Shown one piece after another: positions 45,701-59,769 of a stretch of 64,000 nt of DNA. The notes beneath the pieces were generated by a model, which was not told the DNA's origin, made no database searches, and saw only the letters and a list, made by a program, of their open reading frames with translations. A program made the position numbers and the translations under genes. The first letter of the stretch is position 1; every line of letters starts with the position of its first letter. Location: the NCBI RefSeq assembly GCF_009914755.1, contig NC_060930.1; one strand, 5' to 3'. This DNA is from the human T2T-CHM13v2.0 reference genome, Homo sapiens.

Positions 45701-47009
45701 CTCTTAAAAATACCCTGAAACGTAATGCCAAATGTACAGTTTATAGGTTCGTGTTATTTCTGATAAGAATTTAATTGCATTGTGCTAATAGTTGTTTATT
45801 GCTATTAACTTTCTGTGTATGTATTATTGCGATGCAGACCCAATAGGGTTATTTTAAGCACACTAATTAGTCATCTGGATTTTTATAGATAAAATCACAT
45901 GTTGATCAGAAATCATTTTTCTACTTATTTTTTTGTAGAGTATTTTTCCACACTTGAAAAAAACATGATTATTTTATATCAAACATCAACTTTTCTTTAA
46001 ATCTTATTTTAGTAGCTAATGCATGTTTGAAATAAGATGTGTTAGAAATTATATGACTATATTAAGGTTGTGTTTATATTAGGTGAAAAATTGCATGCAA
46101 TTGGTGAATCATGCAGCTTTGGGGACATTTACACTGCCACTCACACACAGGCTCTGTCTCAATCCGTATGCATGATTCACGTCCTTTCAAAAGTCCCTTT
46201 TCAACATTTGGTAAAGTGAAAATGTTATTCATAGTGCTAATGAGCCAATAAACAATGCTGCGTTTCTTTTTTCTAACTGCAGCATATTGTGGTAAATTTT
46301 CTCCCAAAACTTTATTTTTGGAGTTATTGTTGGCAATAAATACAACAAATTATTTGTTGGCAAGTGATACAATTTACTGTATAACAACTTAATAGTACAA
46401 AGCATGAAGATGTGAAAATATCATCTTAACCAGTTTCATTCTATGAACATAATATTCTGGCAGCTTTTTCTATAACTGAGAATGGTATATCTTTTTATAC
46501 ACTGCCTAAATCAGTACTACTGCCAGTCACCTGAGGTCAGGTCTGCACAACACTAAATTGGGCAATAACATAGAACATCTAGGCAGTCTTGACAGTCAAC
46601 CAGTGTAATCACTAGGGGAAGAAAAAGTAGGCCTACCCTTTTACTTATTAACTTAAGTAATAAAAATTGTATAAAAATATGAATGTTGGCTGCAGAGGAG
46701 CCTTTACATGCAGATAATTTGAAGCAGTCTTTGAAAATAACAAAAATTATTCCATTTAATGAAGGGTTTGTTTTGTTTAGCTTTTCTCTTTTATTCAGAA
46801 AACATACCTGTGCTTTTGAAAGGGCTTAATCCCAAACAGGTAATATGTGTGGATCAATCATCTCTCCTCCCATGAAATTAATCATTCATGGTAATATATT
46901 AAGGCTGGAACGTAGCTCTTAGTGACTTAAAACATGACAGTAAGCATTTACACTGTTGGAAGGTAATTTCATTGCTATGTTATTAAAATGATGGGAATCC
47001 TATTTATAC

Positions 47010-47030
47010 ATTTATTTATTTATTTATTTA
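47010..47030 (+). promoter_or_regulatory. (ATTT)5A: five overlapping AUUUA pentamers, class II ARE-like
   Basis: atttatttatttatttattta on the sense strand of the inferred distal 3' UTR. Confidence 0.55.
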
Positions 47031-47775
47031 CAGAAGATTGGTTCCTTCCAGTTCAATTTAACAGCTTCAGTGAAGTTAGTATAATGATAAGAAAAATTGA
47101 CTGTAGCTATTATTCCAAGTGAAAATCATGCAGCTGAGTCCTGCTGCATCCTGGGAGCAAAGCATTAATTCAAATGAGGAGTAGTCAGTCCTAGCACTGT
47201 AGACGCCGACTTTACCAACCAAGATATTGTATGTGTGTGACATTCAGCTAACATTGATCTAGGCACTTAGTTTGCTACCACATTGTTCCCTTCATTGATT
47301 GAAACTGTAAATAACATAACACTTTAAGGCAGCTAAGCAAATATTTTAATAAGCCATGAAAGGCAAGATGCCAGAGAAAATCTGTATATTCAGCTATTTG
47401 GAGAACTCGTGTTTTCCACAAATTAAACTGGAGATGTCATTTGAAATTTTCTTCCCTTAAACATGCTGTCACAACATGGATTCCTTCTCATGGATGTCTT
47501 TCTAGGCTTATAAATATATGGTGTGATTGCTATAATTTTGTGAAATTTTATTCAGCAATTAATAGTGATTTCAGCAATATGTACTAAGATTCCAAGGCAG
47601 AAATAAATGTATAAAGGATTTGAGCCTGTATGTGTAAGAAGAAACTCTCTCTTCAGTCATATTTCCTAAATTCAGTGTAAGTACCTCGCTGATTTAGCAC
47701 TGGAGTTATTCCTTGAATGTGTAAATAATGATGTTCTATTCTGACCTAATGAATTCCTGTAATGTGAATATTTAA

Positions 47776-47830
47776 AATAAAAGAATTCAATTTAAATGTA
47801 TACTAGCTAGTGCTGGTTATTTATAATTCT
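47776..47830 (+). terminator. FUT9: Distal polyadenylation signal (AATAAA 47776-47781; cleavage about 47800)
   Basis: AATAAA with upstream TGTA (CFIm) motifs at 47720 and 47758 and a downstream GU/U-rich element gtgctggttattttataattctt. Confidence 0.72.
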
Positions 47831-49843
47831 TACATTCAAAATTATTCACTTGAGAAGATTCATTTTTACTTCGATGCAAATCTGCATTCTATATATATTG
47901 AATTAAAATGTTAAAACTACATAAATATATTTTCCAGATTATACACTCATTACAAATATTGCATCAAAAGGGACAGTCAGTGTTCATACATAAAAAGTTC
48001 TACACTACTTTGTTTCCTTACTCTTGCATTGCTTTAATGGATTCAGGGCTGCAATTAGGCCTGTTAATGATTTGGGCTTGTATGCATGGGGAATAGAAGA
48101 ATCTATTCAACCTTCTCTATTCTGCCTTGATCTTGGCTTTGGAAATGTCTCACCTTGCATTCTGAATTATCTGCTATTTTACATACTCTTTTGGTTGTTT
48201 ATATTCAGGCCTATAGAATCAACAATTACCAATATGCTAAGATCTCAAGTGTTTATATCCAATTTCCTACTGTCACCTAACTTCCTGCAGGTCCATTGAC
48301 AGGGATAGCCCACTGTAAGGGAATGGAAACACCTAATTCTCTCTAAACTTTAATTCACTTAAGGGCACTATTATAAGTTATGTTGCCTAAGTCAAAAACT
48401 TAGAATTATCCTTAATTCTTCTTTTTCCTTTTCCCCACATTAAATTGACTATGAAATTTCTCTTAAATATGTCACTTTTCTTCTGATCCACTGCACGGCT
48501 TCATTTAGTCAATAGAGCCTTCAATATTTCTTACCTGGAGTAAAGGAATAACTTCTTAAAGTCTCAAAAATCTACACTCAACATTGCCACAACTGGATAA
48601 AAAAAAACACAGAGGAAAGGTGATACAGAGAGAACTCAGCTTAGAGTGTTGATTAACCAGTAGTTTTTCCCCAAAGTCACATAGTTATTAGGATTTTTCA
48701 TTGGTTCCTCATATTTCTTAGGATGAATTCTTTATCTGGGAGCAGATCATATACTGTCCTTTAACATTTGACTTCTATTACATTTTCTAAGCTCTTTTTT
48801 GCTCCCTTTTATTACCCTATAACGTTTCCTCATCTTTGATACCTCTCATACCACCCAGAGCTCAGAAAGCTTTTCTACCCAGTGAATTCTCAGCATCCTT
48901 AAGATTACAGTCCAGGGTCATATTCATTATGATGCAAAATACATTTCAGATGTAAAATATATTTCAGATGTGTTCAAAGGCCAAGAGGCAAGTAAGGTTA
49001 TTAGCAATATCCTGGAAGAAATGAGTTGTGAGACAGTCCTTGAAAGACTAATTTAGTTAAACAAGCAGAACATGTGGATAGACCTTCCAATGAAACAAGA
49101 ACAAGGTCTTGCGAAGAGCATACATTGAATAAATATGGCTCATTTTAGTTGTATGTTCATGAAGAAGAATAGTGTTAGATAAGGCATTAGTGATTTAAAA
49201 ATGAAAAGGTCAGAATGTAGGGAGCTTGACATTCAAACTGATAAATGTAAACTAGGTTGGTTGATTTGAATTGAGTTAGTTTGATTTGATTCATACTGCT
49301 GCATGATTTAAAGTCACCGAATAATTATGGGCAGATGTATGGGTGTGTGCAAAGCCACGAAATGTATCTTTTTAAAACTCTAAATCATTACAAAATGTAA
49401 ACTAGCATCATAACATCTTATCCACCCTCATGGCCTGTTCCAAGGTGTTTCAGTGGACAATGTCTCCCTTTGGCTGAGAGAAACCATGTGATATCGTGTC
49501 TCTAAGTGTTTGGGTTCTGAGGCTGGACTGCTCACATTCTACAGCTCTTCCACTTCCAGTGGTGTGGCCTTGGGGAAGTTATTTCACCCTTCTTCACCTT
49601 AATTTTCTTGTATGAAAAGAAGGAATAATGACACTTTCTCCTAAATTGTAAAGATAAGTGAGTTAATGCACATACATTATTTAGAACATTATCTGACACC
49701 ACAAGCACTCAATATCTCAGCTATTATTTTAAAAGGAACACAAACATTTTTATAATACATCTTTTCTTCAGTTCCCCCAGTCACTATTAAATCATTGTCT
49801 TTTAACATATTTTTGTTGTTGTTGTTAAAAACATAGATCTTCA

Positions 49844-50026
49844 GGCCTAGCATGGTGGCATGTACCTGCGGTACTAACTACTCAGAAGGCTTAGGCAGGA
49901 GGATCGCTTGAGTCCAGGAGTTCGAGGTTGCACTAAGCTGTGATTATTGTGCCACTGCACTCCAGCCTTAGTGATAGAGTGAGACCCAGTCACTCTGTCA
50001 CTTTGTTTGTCAAAAGAAAACAAAAC
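49844..50026 (+). mobile_element. Free right Alu monomer (FRAM/FAM-like)
   Basis: Single right-arm monomer bracketed by a perfect 16-bp TSD AAAACATAGATCTTCA at 49828-49843 and 50027-50042. Confidence 0.9.
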
Positions 50027-50086
50027 AAAACATAGATCTTCATGTTACTGCTCTATTCTGTCTATTCTAGATAGAAGATGGTTTTC

Positions 50087-50382
<296 letters not shown>

Positions 50383-51696
50383 AGAAGGTGGTTTTCCTCA
50401 CAGAGAAGAGTCCTAGAACATGACTGGATGCTTCCTACAAACAGGAGGAATATAAATTTTTGATAGTCTACGCTCAGTAGTTAGGTACTCTGAAAAAAAA
50501 ATTCCGCACAGAACAGATTCTGATTTGGGAATTACATCTGAAGTAAGCTGGCAATAGTAATAACTCAGAATTTCTCATACTGTAAGTGGTCCGACAACCT
50601 TTTTTGAGCATAGAACTGGCTTGAGAGAAACTGAAACTCCTTTCCAAATGGATGATGGAGTTTTGCCCTCCTTGTCTTTTGTTTTCACTCTGTCTTATAC
50701 TGTAAAAAGGATTTTTTAAAAATTGGAATACCTTTATCAACAGATAGGTTGCCATAATTCGGGAGGAAAATATGCCCAATTACCAAAAACCAGCAAGGAC
50801 ACAAATACCTAGAATATACAATCTGGTAAAAGAGACCAAATAGATTATACTTTAAGGTCCAGTGTCCATTTGGGATTGCCAGGTTCTGTCAAAATGTTAA
50901 ATATTATGCCCAAAAGCTAGAGGCAGACCTAAAACTCAGGATTTTATTTATTCAAAGCCAAATTATGTCAAGCCAAAATTCTAATTTTAGAGTATATGAG
51001 TTTAGAATTACAAGAAAATATTTGTATGGCCATTTAGCCATTTATTAAATTTGTCAACACATGGTATTTAGTTTAGTAAATGACCATGTTTGCAAATGAT
51101 CACTCAGACTGAACACTGCATCAAATGGTGTCCCTTAAGTCTATGTTCCAAATTATGCTAGTGCCAACGTTTTTGATCTTACTTATTTCTCCTTGCCCTC
51201 AACCTAACCATCTCCAGGCTCAAATGCCTTTACAACATGGCATAGTTGAGCATAGTGAAACAGGACAAACTAGAACTTGTGACCTAGAATTACTTTTGCT
51301 AAGTGAAGCAGGGCAGGTACTAGAAAGGTAGACCCAAGTTGTAGGTGCTAAAAGAAAGTTTATTCTAGAAAGTTAAGTATTAATGTGATTTCACAAGTTA
51401 GGGAAACAGGCAACAAATGATATTCCAAGGACAGACAAGTGATTCTACAGACAAGGTAGAATAAGGTAGAAAAGAGAAACAAATGCATATATATATGTGA
51501 AATGCAGTAGCAAAAAAAGGGTAGCAGAACATGGCATAGAAGGTAGGAGGAGATGTCAGGAAGAAGAGAAGGAGGGGAGAGGGAGTGGCTGGGATCCCAT
51601 TCATCTGAGAGAAGGCTCACCAAGTACAGATGTGGATGCTACAGACATATACGTTTTATATTCTGTGCTAAGTACACTTTGGGATGTCTATTTTTA

Positions 51697-52081
<385 letters not shown>

Positions 52082-52309
52082 TTATGAGTAGGAAAAAGTA
52101 CTCTTTTGATCCTTACTAGGATCAAAATAGCAATGATCATTTTAGTGTAGAAATGAACTGTAACCATAAAATCAAACTATATCTCTTCTGTGTGCATGTC
52201 TGTGTGTATGTGTGAATGTGTGTATGTGTCAGTTTAGAACTAAAATGACACAAGATAGTGCTAGTTTCTTAATTCAGTCTTTAAGAATTGCATTTCCACA
52301 TTTTTAATG

Positions 52310-52672
52310 TTTTAACTTCCCATTTTATGAGAACTTAAGAATTGTAAAAAAATTAAAAATTTTTGCAGGGTTCTGCTATAACCCTCATCCAAGTTTCCTT
52401 AACTATTAACATCTTGTCAAATGTTAACATAGTATAGAGATCAAAAACAACACTTTCGTACAATATCATTAACTAATCTATAGACATAACCTGAATTTTA
52501 CCAATTGCCCCACAAATGGCCTTTATCGGGATCAGGATCTAATCCAAGTTCACACATTGAATTTAGTTGTCATGTCTCCTTAATTTCTTCCATTCTGAGA
52601 CACTTCCACAGTCCTTTGTCTTTTATGACTGATACTTTAGAAGAGTACTAGCAAGTTATTTTGTAGAATATT
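52310..52672 (-). mobile_element. Old L1M (MC/ME) 3' UTR fragment
   Basis: caggatctaatccaagttcacacattgaatttagttgtcatgtctcctta...gaagagtactagcaagttattttgtagaat. Confidence 0.65.
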
Positions 52673-52677
52673 ACATT

Positions 52678-53684
52678 TTTTCTTTTTTTTAATTGTACTT
52701 TAAGTTCTGGGATACATGTGCAGAACGTGCAGGTTTGTTACATAGGTATACTTGTGCCATGGTGGTTTGCTGCACTCATCAACCCATCATCTAGGTTTTA
52801 AAGCCCTGCATGGATTAGGTATTTCTCCTAATGCTATCCCTCGCCTTGCCCTCCACCCCCCAACAGGCCCCAGTGTGTGATGTTCCCCTCCCTGTGTCCA
52901 TGTGTTCTCATTGTTCAACTCCCACTTATGAGTGAGAACATGCGGTGTTTGGTTTTCTGTGCATGTGTTAGTTTGTTGGGAATGATGATTTCAAGTTTCA
53001 TCCATGTCCCTGCAAAGGACATGAACTCATTCTTTTTTGTAGGTGCATAGTATTCCATGGTGTATATGTGCCACATTTTCTTTACCCAGTCTATCATTGA
53101 TGGGCATTTGGGTTTGTTCCAAGTCTTTGCTATTGTTAATACTGCTGCAATAAACATACATGTGCATATGTCTTTAGAGTAGAATAATTTATAATCCTTT
53201 GGGTATATACCCAGTAATGACATTGCTGGGTTAAATGGTATTTCTGGTTCTAGATCCTTGAGGAATCGCCATATTGTCTTCCACAATGGTTGAACTAATT
53301 TACACTGCCACCAACAGTGTAAAAGCGCTCCTATTTAGCTTCTGCACAGCAAAAGAAACTATCATCAGAGTGAACAGGCAACTTACAGCATGGGAGAAAA
53401 ATTTTGCAATCTATCCATCTGACAAAGGGCTAATATCCAGAATCTACAAGGAACTTTAACAAATTTAAAAGAAAAAAAAAACAAACAACCCCATCAAAAA
53501 GTGGGTGAAGGATATGAACAGACACCAAAAGAAGACATTTATGCAGCTAACAAACATATGAAAAAAAGCTCATCATCACTGGTCATTAGAGAAATGCAAA
53601 TCAAAACCACAATGAGATACTATCTCACACCAGTTAGAATGGCCATCTTTAAAAAGTCAGGAAACCACAGACGCTGAAGAGGAT
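52678..53684 (-). mobile_element. About 1-kb 5'-truncated L1PA7-like element with a twin-priming inversion (minus 52678-53336; plus 53337-53684)
   Basis: The antisense 3' end stops at ...gctcctattt. The sense piece runs agcttctgcacagc...gctgaagaggat. Only gtggag of the consensus is missing between the two breakpoints. Confidence 0.9.
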
Positions 53685-53747
53685 CCACATTTCAATTGTA
53701 AGGAATTTTACAACTTTACAGCTTGTAAAGTAGTCATTCAAATCGAC

Positions 53748-53884
53748 TTATTTATTTATTTATTTATTATAGGTGAGGTCTTGCTATTTTGCCCAGGCGG
53801 ACCTTAAAATCTGGGCTCAAGGGATCTTCCAATCTCAGCCTAATGAATAGCTGGGACTACAGGAGTATAGGACCATGCCTGGTC
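53748..53884 (-). mobile_element. FLAM-type Alu monomer with a (TTTA)n tail
   Basis: ggtcttgctattttgcccaggc...tgggctcaagggatcttcc...tagctgggactacagg. Confidence 0.8.
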
Positions 53885-54698
53885 TCATTTAAGTCTACTT
53901 TCTAAAATGGTCAATCGGCAAATGTTATATCTTCAATCAGATCTAGAAATAAAAATGTTAACGTACTTCCCACCAGGTGTCTTAGAAAAACCGTAGAATC
54001 ATTGTTTAGAGTTCCCAATGAATTAAGACACAATAAGATAATTTTCAACAAGTCTGAAACCTAAAATTCTCCAATATTGGCACCCTAGACCCTCAATAGT
54101 TACTTAATAACAGGAAATATGCAAATGAAAATCTTTATTCTACCTAAAAGTAGGAGAATACATTGATTTTATGATACAACATTTATTTCACCTGAATTAC
54201 TCAGAAAACTTTATACAGCTTTTTGCAATTAATCACCTATGGATTCATGCTTGGATTATTTAATAAGAGATGCTTTATTTATAGTCACTTAATTTGATGG
54301 CAAAATATTTCCAGTTTTGCTGGAAATGTGATTTCATGTGAGTTTTCTAACTCACAAAATTCACCTCAGAATCTTCTTATTTAATTTGTATCAATCAGTC
54401 AAAATTTTCTAATTATGTCCTTATGAGCCAAATCATTAATTTATTTATAAAATTTTAAAGTAAAATAAAAAATTCACGATTTCATTAAAATAGTTAAGCA
54501 AGCACATTAATAATCTCTGTTGACACTATCTTTAGTTTTGTTACTAAAGTTATTTTCTTATTTCCAACTTTTATACATGATACATAAGTGTGTCATGTTT
54601 CTATCTACACCTCTAAATAAAGGATTTTTAAAACTTTTAATTTCTGTGGGTCCGTAGTAAGTGTATGTATTTACGGAATACATGAGATATTTTGATAG

Positions 54699-55098
<400 letters not shown>

Positions 55099-55515
55099 AA
55101 TTGTGTAATCTTTTAGTTATTTTTAATTGTACAATTAAATTATTTTTACTATAGTCACTCTGTTGTGCTAGCAAATACTAATTCTTATTCTTTCTGTATT
55201 TTGTACCCATTAACCATCCCCACTTGCCCTCCCCAGACCCCTCCACTCTTCCTAGCCTCTGGTAACCATCCATGAGTTCAATTATTTTAATTTTTAGCTC
55301 CCACAAATAAGTGAGAATATGCAAAGTTTGTCTTCTGTGCCTGGCTTATTTCATTTAACATAATGGTCTCCAATTCCACCCATGTTTTTGCAAATAACAA
55401 GATCTCCTTCTGTCTTATGGTTGAATAGTACTTCATTGTGTATATGTACCCCATTTTCTTTATCCATTCATCTGTTGATGAATGCTTAGGTTGCTTCCAA
55501 ATCTTGGCTATTGTG

Positions 55516-55866
55516 GGCCTGGCATAGTGGCTCATGCCTATAATCCCAGCACTTTGAGAGGCCAAGGCAGATGGACTACTTGAGCTCAGAAACTTGAGGC
55601 CAGCCTGGGCAACATGACAAACCCCGTCTCTACCAAAGAAAATAATAATAATAATAATAATAAAATAAATAAATAAATAATAAAATAAAAAAAATTAGCC
55701 AGGCATAGTGGTGAATGCCTGTAGTCCCAGCTACTCCAGAGGCTGAGGTGAGTGGATCAATTTCAGAGGTCGAGGCTGCAGTGGGATGTGATCATGCCAC
55801 AGCACTCCAACCTGGGTGACAGAATGTGACCCTGTCTAAAAAAATAATAGATAAAGAAAAAACAAA
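55516..55866 (+). mobile_element. AluJ with an expanded (AAT)n/(AAAT)n central linker
   Basis: gaggtcgaggctgcagtg, tgtgatcatgccac. Perfect 18-bp TSD CAAATCTTGGCTATTGTG at 55498-55515 and 55867-55884. Confidence 0.93.
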
Positions 55867-56690
55867 CAAATCTTGGCTATTGTGAATAGTGCTCTAATAA
55901 ACATGGGGGTGTAGATATCTCTCCAGTATACTGATTTCCTTTCTTTTGGGTGTATACCTAGCAAAGGGAATCACAGAGTAGCTCTATTTTCAGTTTTTTG
56001 AGGAACCTCCAAAGTGTTCCCCATAGTGGTTGTACTAATTTACATTCCCACCAACAGTGCATGAGGGTTTCCTTCTCTCCATATCCTCATCAGCATTTGT
56101 TATTGCTGCTCTGTAGGAGTTACAACTCCTACAGAGTTGTTTGAATTTCTAATATATTCTGGTTTTTAATCCGTTGTCAGATGGGTGGTTTGCAAATATT
56201 TTCCCCCATTCTGTGGATTGTCTCTTCACTTTGTTTCATTCACTGTGAAGAAACTTTTAACTTAATGTGATTCTATTTGTCCATTTTTGCGTTGGTTGCC
56301 TGTGCTTGTGGGGTAAAGATAAGTTTTTTTAAACTAAAACCATTTGTTTAATCCAGTTATAAGAAATCTCAAGTTTATATTGATTTATTGATCTCTACTT
56401 TTGAAATTTGAGAAGAATGTGAGGTTTTACCAAGTTCTTCTGTTGCAATAAAATTTGTGATTGAGGTATTTCTGAAAAAAATGCTAATAAGATAAACCAA
56501 GATGAGCTAAAATAAGCCAAAAGGGGGCTTAATGGAAGTATTCTTAAGTGGCTTAGAGAACTCAAGGTGCCAGGCCTTCTGAGAGTCCTGGACTTGGAAT
56601 AGGGAAGCCTGCAGGAATCTCCACAGTGCTCTACGGTTGTGGGTATGACTTAATGTGAACAAGTGTGGATTTCTGCACATCTGTTTTAAC

Positions 56691-56765
56691 GTGTGGGTTG
56701 GTGTGTGTGTGTGTGTGCACATGCACGTGCTCATGTGTAATTGTGTGTATCTGTGTTTTGTGTGG
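56691..56765. repeat. (TG)n-rich simple repeat
   Basis: gtgtgggttggtgtgtgtgtgtgtgtgcac... Confidence 0.8.
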
Positions 56766-58363
56766 GTGAGGGGTGTTAACTTCTTTACTTTTTCTCATCT
56801 TCATGCCTTATTCTTCTCTCTGGACATAGAATTGTTATGTTTCTCAGTGTACATAGGGGTAGATGAAAACTCAGCTCCGCAATTCTGAGTTTACAACTTG
56901 CTTCCAGTCACATATGGGCATTAACTGTTTCCTGCTTAGGTTAGTTATCTTTCCCCCAGGTAAGTACTCAGAGACAGGAAGTAATTTATCTGGGCCGACT
57001 TCTTTCTATTGGCTACTGCATCAAAATCTCTGTAACAGTCCTGCCAAAGTTTGTATACCACAGTGATACCAATAGTTCTTTCTCCAAAATAAATAAATAA
57101 ATCCTGGTCATACATAAATGATTATAATAGTAAATATAGACTGAGGGTTTTCAGAGGGCAAGGTTGTATTCTAAGTACAAGTATTATTTCATTTAATCCT
57201 CATAACACTACAGTTCCAGCATTACCTCTTTTTTTCCCAACCAAAAAGTTGGGAAATTCACCCAACTTTACACAGCTACAAAGTGTGAGAGCTGGAATGT
57301 GAGAGCAGGTCATCTGGCTCCAGGACCTCAATGCTCAACCACTTAACTCTACTGTTTGGAAACACTGGATTAAATGAGGTTGAACCAATATCTCATTAAT
57401 TAATTAATTTTTGCTGTAGGATTTCTTACAACCTTTAATATGTTATAGTAAATTATGACTTTACAAGAGCAGGATATACCATAAAGTTTCCAAAACCTAT
57501 ATAATCATTTTTTCAATCATTTTTATTTTTATGGACTACTGTAAGGCACTAGTAGATGATTCCTTCTGAAATATGGCTATAATTTGCTTTTATTTCTGAA
57601 TTAATAAAATAATACATAAAAAACAATTGTGTCACAAGGAAAACGGAACAAAAATTAAGTATATTTATTTTCAGGTTTAATTTTAATTAGTTATAGAATT
57701 CTCATAGATTCTAAAATTAATGAATATGTCAACACTGGCAGACAAAATCAAATTTTGTGCAAACAACCCAACTCCTAAAATTATTCAAAAAAATCAAGAG
57801 TAAAGAAAGAAAGCAGCTCATTTTTCAGACAAATAACTGGAAGCAAAATGTTAACTAGTCCATCTATGGGACATAATGCTTCAAGAATTTGTAGTTCACA
57901 GCAATAGTAACTTAGGAAGGGTATAATTCAGTTAAATTCTTGGATGATAAATTTATAACGAATCCACAATGGAATCTAAGAAGCAATTCCTTTCTAGAAG
58001 AAGTTTAGGAAAGACAATAAGTTTCTCCTCTCACAAAACAACAATTAACTCATGTAACAAATGTTTACTTAGTCCGTACTGGACGCAAGGAACTCTCCTG
58101 TATTTTTAGAAGACAATACATGAATACAATGAATTATTTTGTCCTCACATCTCTCATGATATATCTTTATATATATATAACTCACACACTCGGGAGAAAC
58201 CGCATTCAAAGGACAGAGAAATGCACATGAGATGATGAGGAAAGGCTTTAGAAAGTACATGGCACTTAAACTGGACAGGATGGACAGGGCAGGTATTAGG
58301 ACAAGAAATAAGTGAATTGTAAGGAAAGGGAACACAATGACATGTAGAAAAGGTAAAATACAG

Positions 58364-58844
<481 letters not shown>

Positions 58845-58900
58845 TCATGGTTATGAGCATGGACTGCAAAGCCTGGAAAATGCCTTCCTGCTTCCAGTAG

Positions 58901-58980
58901 CAATGGTTCTCACTAGGAGTAATTTTGCTCCCCATGGGATATTTGGCAAATTCTGGAGACATTTTTAGTTGTCATAACTG
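58901..58980. mobile_element. MER20 terminal fragment
   Basis: caatggttctcactaggagtaattttgctccccatgggatatttggcaaattctggagacatttttagttgtcataactg. Confidence 0.8.
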
Positions 58981-59769
58981 TTTAATGTACTACTTAATAT
59001 TTAATATTGTGGTAATTTAGAAGATTCAAAGTAATACTACATTTAACATTTAAGACAGTGACATGATAGCTACAACACACTGCTTACTGACATTTAAAGG
59101 AAAAAATATCATGACTTTCATTTCTGAAATCAACGGACTAAATGTTTCAGAAAAACTTTTCTGTTGAACATTACGACACTGAATGAACTGTAACGATCAT
59201 CTTCTGAAAACAAATAGCTCGATGAGAAAGAATTAAAAGGCCGACGCACTGGGAAGAATGTGAATCCAGTGATTTTAACATGACAATTGGGAATATTTTG
59301 CTCTGGGATATTATCTAATCATAATTGCTCACCACTAAAAGCTGAGCTGCTTTTTATTTCAGGGATTTTTAACATCATCGCAAGTCTTGGGTGGCAAAAG
59401 TCAGCATTCAGGACCAATAAACAATGTAATCCTGCTACACTTCACTGTCTGGTTTGAGGTCGGGTCCAAAGAGCCACACAGCAGTATGAGGAGGAAAGAA
59501 GGAACTGCTCTTGTACAGACTGCAGTCAGATCATCTGAGTAGAACAGGAAACCTCATGCTCAAAGCACAGTTTCAAGTTATGTGGTCTAATAGTGACCTC
59601 AGGTACCCAGTAGAAGCAATAAAAATCTTCTTTAAAGGATGATAAGTCATCCTGAGCTCCTGATTATTTTCTATAAATTATCTTCTTGAGACATTGTCTA
59701 TTATGCAAAAATAAATAGGTAAATGAGGAAACTAATTATGGTAGAAAAGCAGGTAAAATCACTTCTGAA

